Part shown: one piece after another, positions 62,376 through 64,000 of the stretch
How the letters are laid out: the number at the start of each line of letters is the position of its first letter
How positions within the stretch are numbered: position 1 is the stretch's first letter
Assembly: GCF_006345805.1 (NCBI RefSeq)
Contig: NC_043017.1
Span: 24,986,001 to 25,050,000, forward strand
Direction: 5' to 3'
DNA: 64,000 bases
From: Octopus sinensis
Lineage: Eukaryota
Translations under genes and position numbers: made by a program
The notes under the pieces: generated by a model
Database searches by the model: none
What the model was told of the DNA's origin: nothing
What the model saw: the letters and a program-made list of their open reading frames with translations, nothing else

Positions 62376-62811
62376 TGAAAGGCACAACCTCGCATGATGC
62401 GCAACAGAACTAGCGTTGCCATCTCAGTTGGCCAGTTGCAATTATCAGATGTGCAGAGTATGCATCAGCTCTCCTGACCTCTTGAAAAGCCATCATTATA
62501 ATTTGGTGACGGCGAGCTGGCAGAAACGTTAGCACGCCGGGCGAAATGCGTAGCTGTATTTCGTTTGTCGTTATGTTCCAAGTTCAAATTCCGCCGAGGT
62601 CGACTTTGCCTTTCATCCTTTCGGGGTCGATAAATTAAGTACCAATTACGCACTGGGGTCGATGTAATTGACTTAATCCTTTTGTCTGTCCCCTCTGTGT
62701 TTAGCCCCTTGTAGGTAGTAAAGAAATATATAATTTTGAAGTTTTAACTGTTTTTATTCATCTGTTCTCTTTTTCTTTCTTCTCTCTTTTTTTTTAAAAT
62801 TTTATTTGAAG

Positions 62812-62959
62812 ACGAATAACAAAGGAACCAACACAGCACAAGATCTGGACTGCACGAAGACAAACGGCAGGCTGGACAATGAATTAGTAACCAAGCATGA
62901 CATGATCAGCTACCAGTCTCCAGATGGTCGCATAAACAATCGTCTGCCTCCCATAAATG
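62812..62959 (+). CDS. ZDHHC14: Probable ZDHHC C-terminal tail exon (148 nt, or read-through to TAA at 62980-62982)
   Basis: Long pyrimidine tract then ttatttgaag|. Phase-0 open frame TNNKGTNTAQDLDCTKTNGRLDNELVTKHDMISYQSPDGRINNRLPPIN in unique, more GC-balanced sequence. Possible donor G|gtgaga. No homology that I can confirm by eye. Confidence 0.62.
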
Positions 62960-63122
62960 GTGAGATTTTGCCATTCATTTAAAATCAAGAAAACAAAGAT
63001 TTCATACATGCAGTCATAACACACACACATTCACACACACACTCACACACACACACAATGTGCTTGCTGCCCTATATGCTGAGCAGTACAGAAGGAGCTA
63101 AAAATGCAAAAAATATTGTGTT

Positions 63123-63179
<57 letters not shown>

Positions 63180-63797
63180 TTTATATATATATATATACAC
63201 ATTTATATATATATATATATACACACATTATATATATATATATATATATATACATACATACACACACTCTCAAACATGCACATATATAGATATACACACA
63301 CATACACGCACTCATACATGTACATATATACATGTGTGTGTGTATATATATGTACACAATACCTGGGACATGGATTTGGCACATGGAAACTGCAGGAAGC
63401 TTGTTGTGTGTGTGTGTGTATCCATGCAACATTTATGCCCATGAATGTTGATCTTTCACATTTATCACCATTTGAATGAAGCAGTGATGATGTTGACATT
63501 CCATGGTGTTAACATTATAGGTTGGGGGGGTTGCACTGCACCTTTAAAGATATTTTGAATAAAATGGGTGAGGGTTCATGGCAAGAGGAGCATCCATCCA
63601 TAAAACCCTGCCCCAATTAACTCGATATCCATGCCTATGTTAGCATGGCAAAATGCATGCTCAACAAAGAAGTATATATATATAGTATATTGGTATATGC
63701 AGAGAACAGCTTTTCTTTCAAACATTTATATATAAAGACAAATGATTGACTGAAGTTAAGCTTAAACACAGTGCCCATTTCATACAACAGACATGAA

Positions 63798-63834
<37 letters not shown>

Positions 63835-63851
63835 GTATATATAAACATATA

Positions 63852-63985
63852 TGACTCTTTAGTCCAGCTTGGTTGTCCTGAAAGGGTCATCAAAATAATG
63901 TATCTCTTCCATGACATGAAGGCCTGGATCAGTGTGGGTGACAAACTTTCAGAACCAATGTCTGTTGGCAATGGTGTCAATGCAT
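63852..63985 (+). mobile_element. RTE-clade reverse transcriptase fragment
   Basis: LVQLGCPERVIKIMYLFHDMKAWISVGDKLSEPMSVGNGV resembles the RTE RT segment LGCP.KFI.II..FHD.M.A.V......S.PF.V.NGV(KQG). Confidence 0.7.
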
Positions 63986-64000
63986 TTTAACAGCTAGCCT

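Overview
AT-rich, intron-dominated animal genomic DNA, dense in microsatellites, SINEs, MITEs and LINE fragments. The repeat landscape looks octopus/coleoid cephalopod (inference, not a database result). One protein-coding gene can be read: the central and 3' part of a + strand DHHC palmitoyltransferase of the ZDHHC9/14/18 (Erf2/approximated) subfamily. Its exons are 29315-29452 (DHHC-CRD), 36507-36555, two alternative 103-nt exons at 49448-49550 and 54433-54535, then 57298-57407, 59521-59659 and probably 62812-62959. The main finding is splicing architecture. The 49-nt exon ends in an AT-AC minor-spliceosome (U12) donor (ATATCCTTT). It is followed by two old paralogous copies of the TM4/TTxE exon, each with its own U12 branch point and AC acceptor but a major-class GT donor. 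Including both or skipping both would need a U2/U12 hybrid intron, so the pair looks like mutually exclusive exons enforced by spliceosome incompatibility. The second theme is five hammerhead-ribozyme folds (7100, 7544, 7626, 34962, 36274) in Penelope/retrozyme-like repeats, plus several long fold-back palindromes and nested or tandemly amplified transposons. Nearly all ORF-track entries are microsatellite or repeat artefacts.
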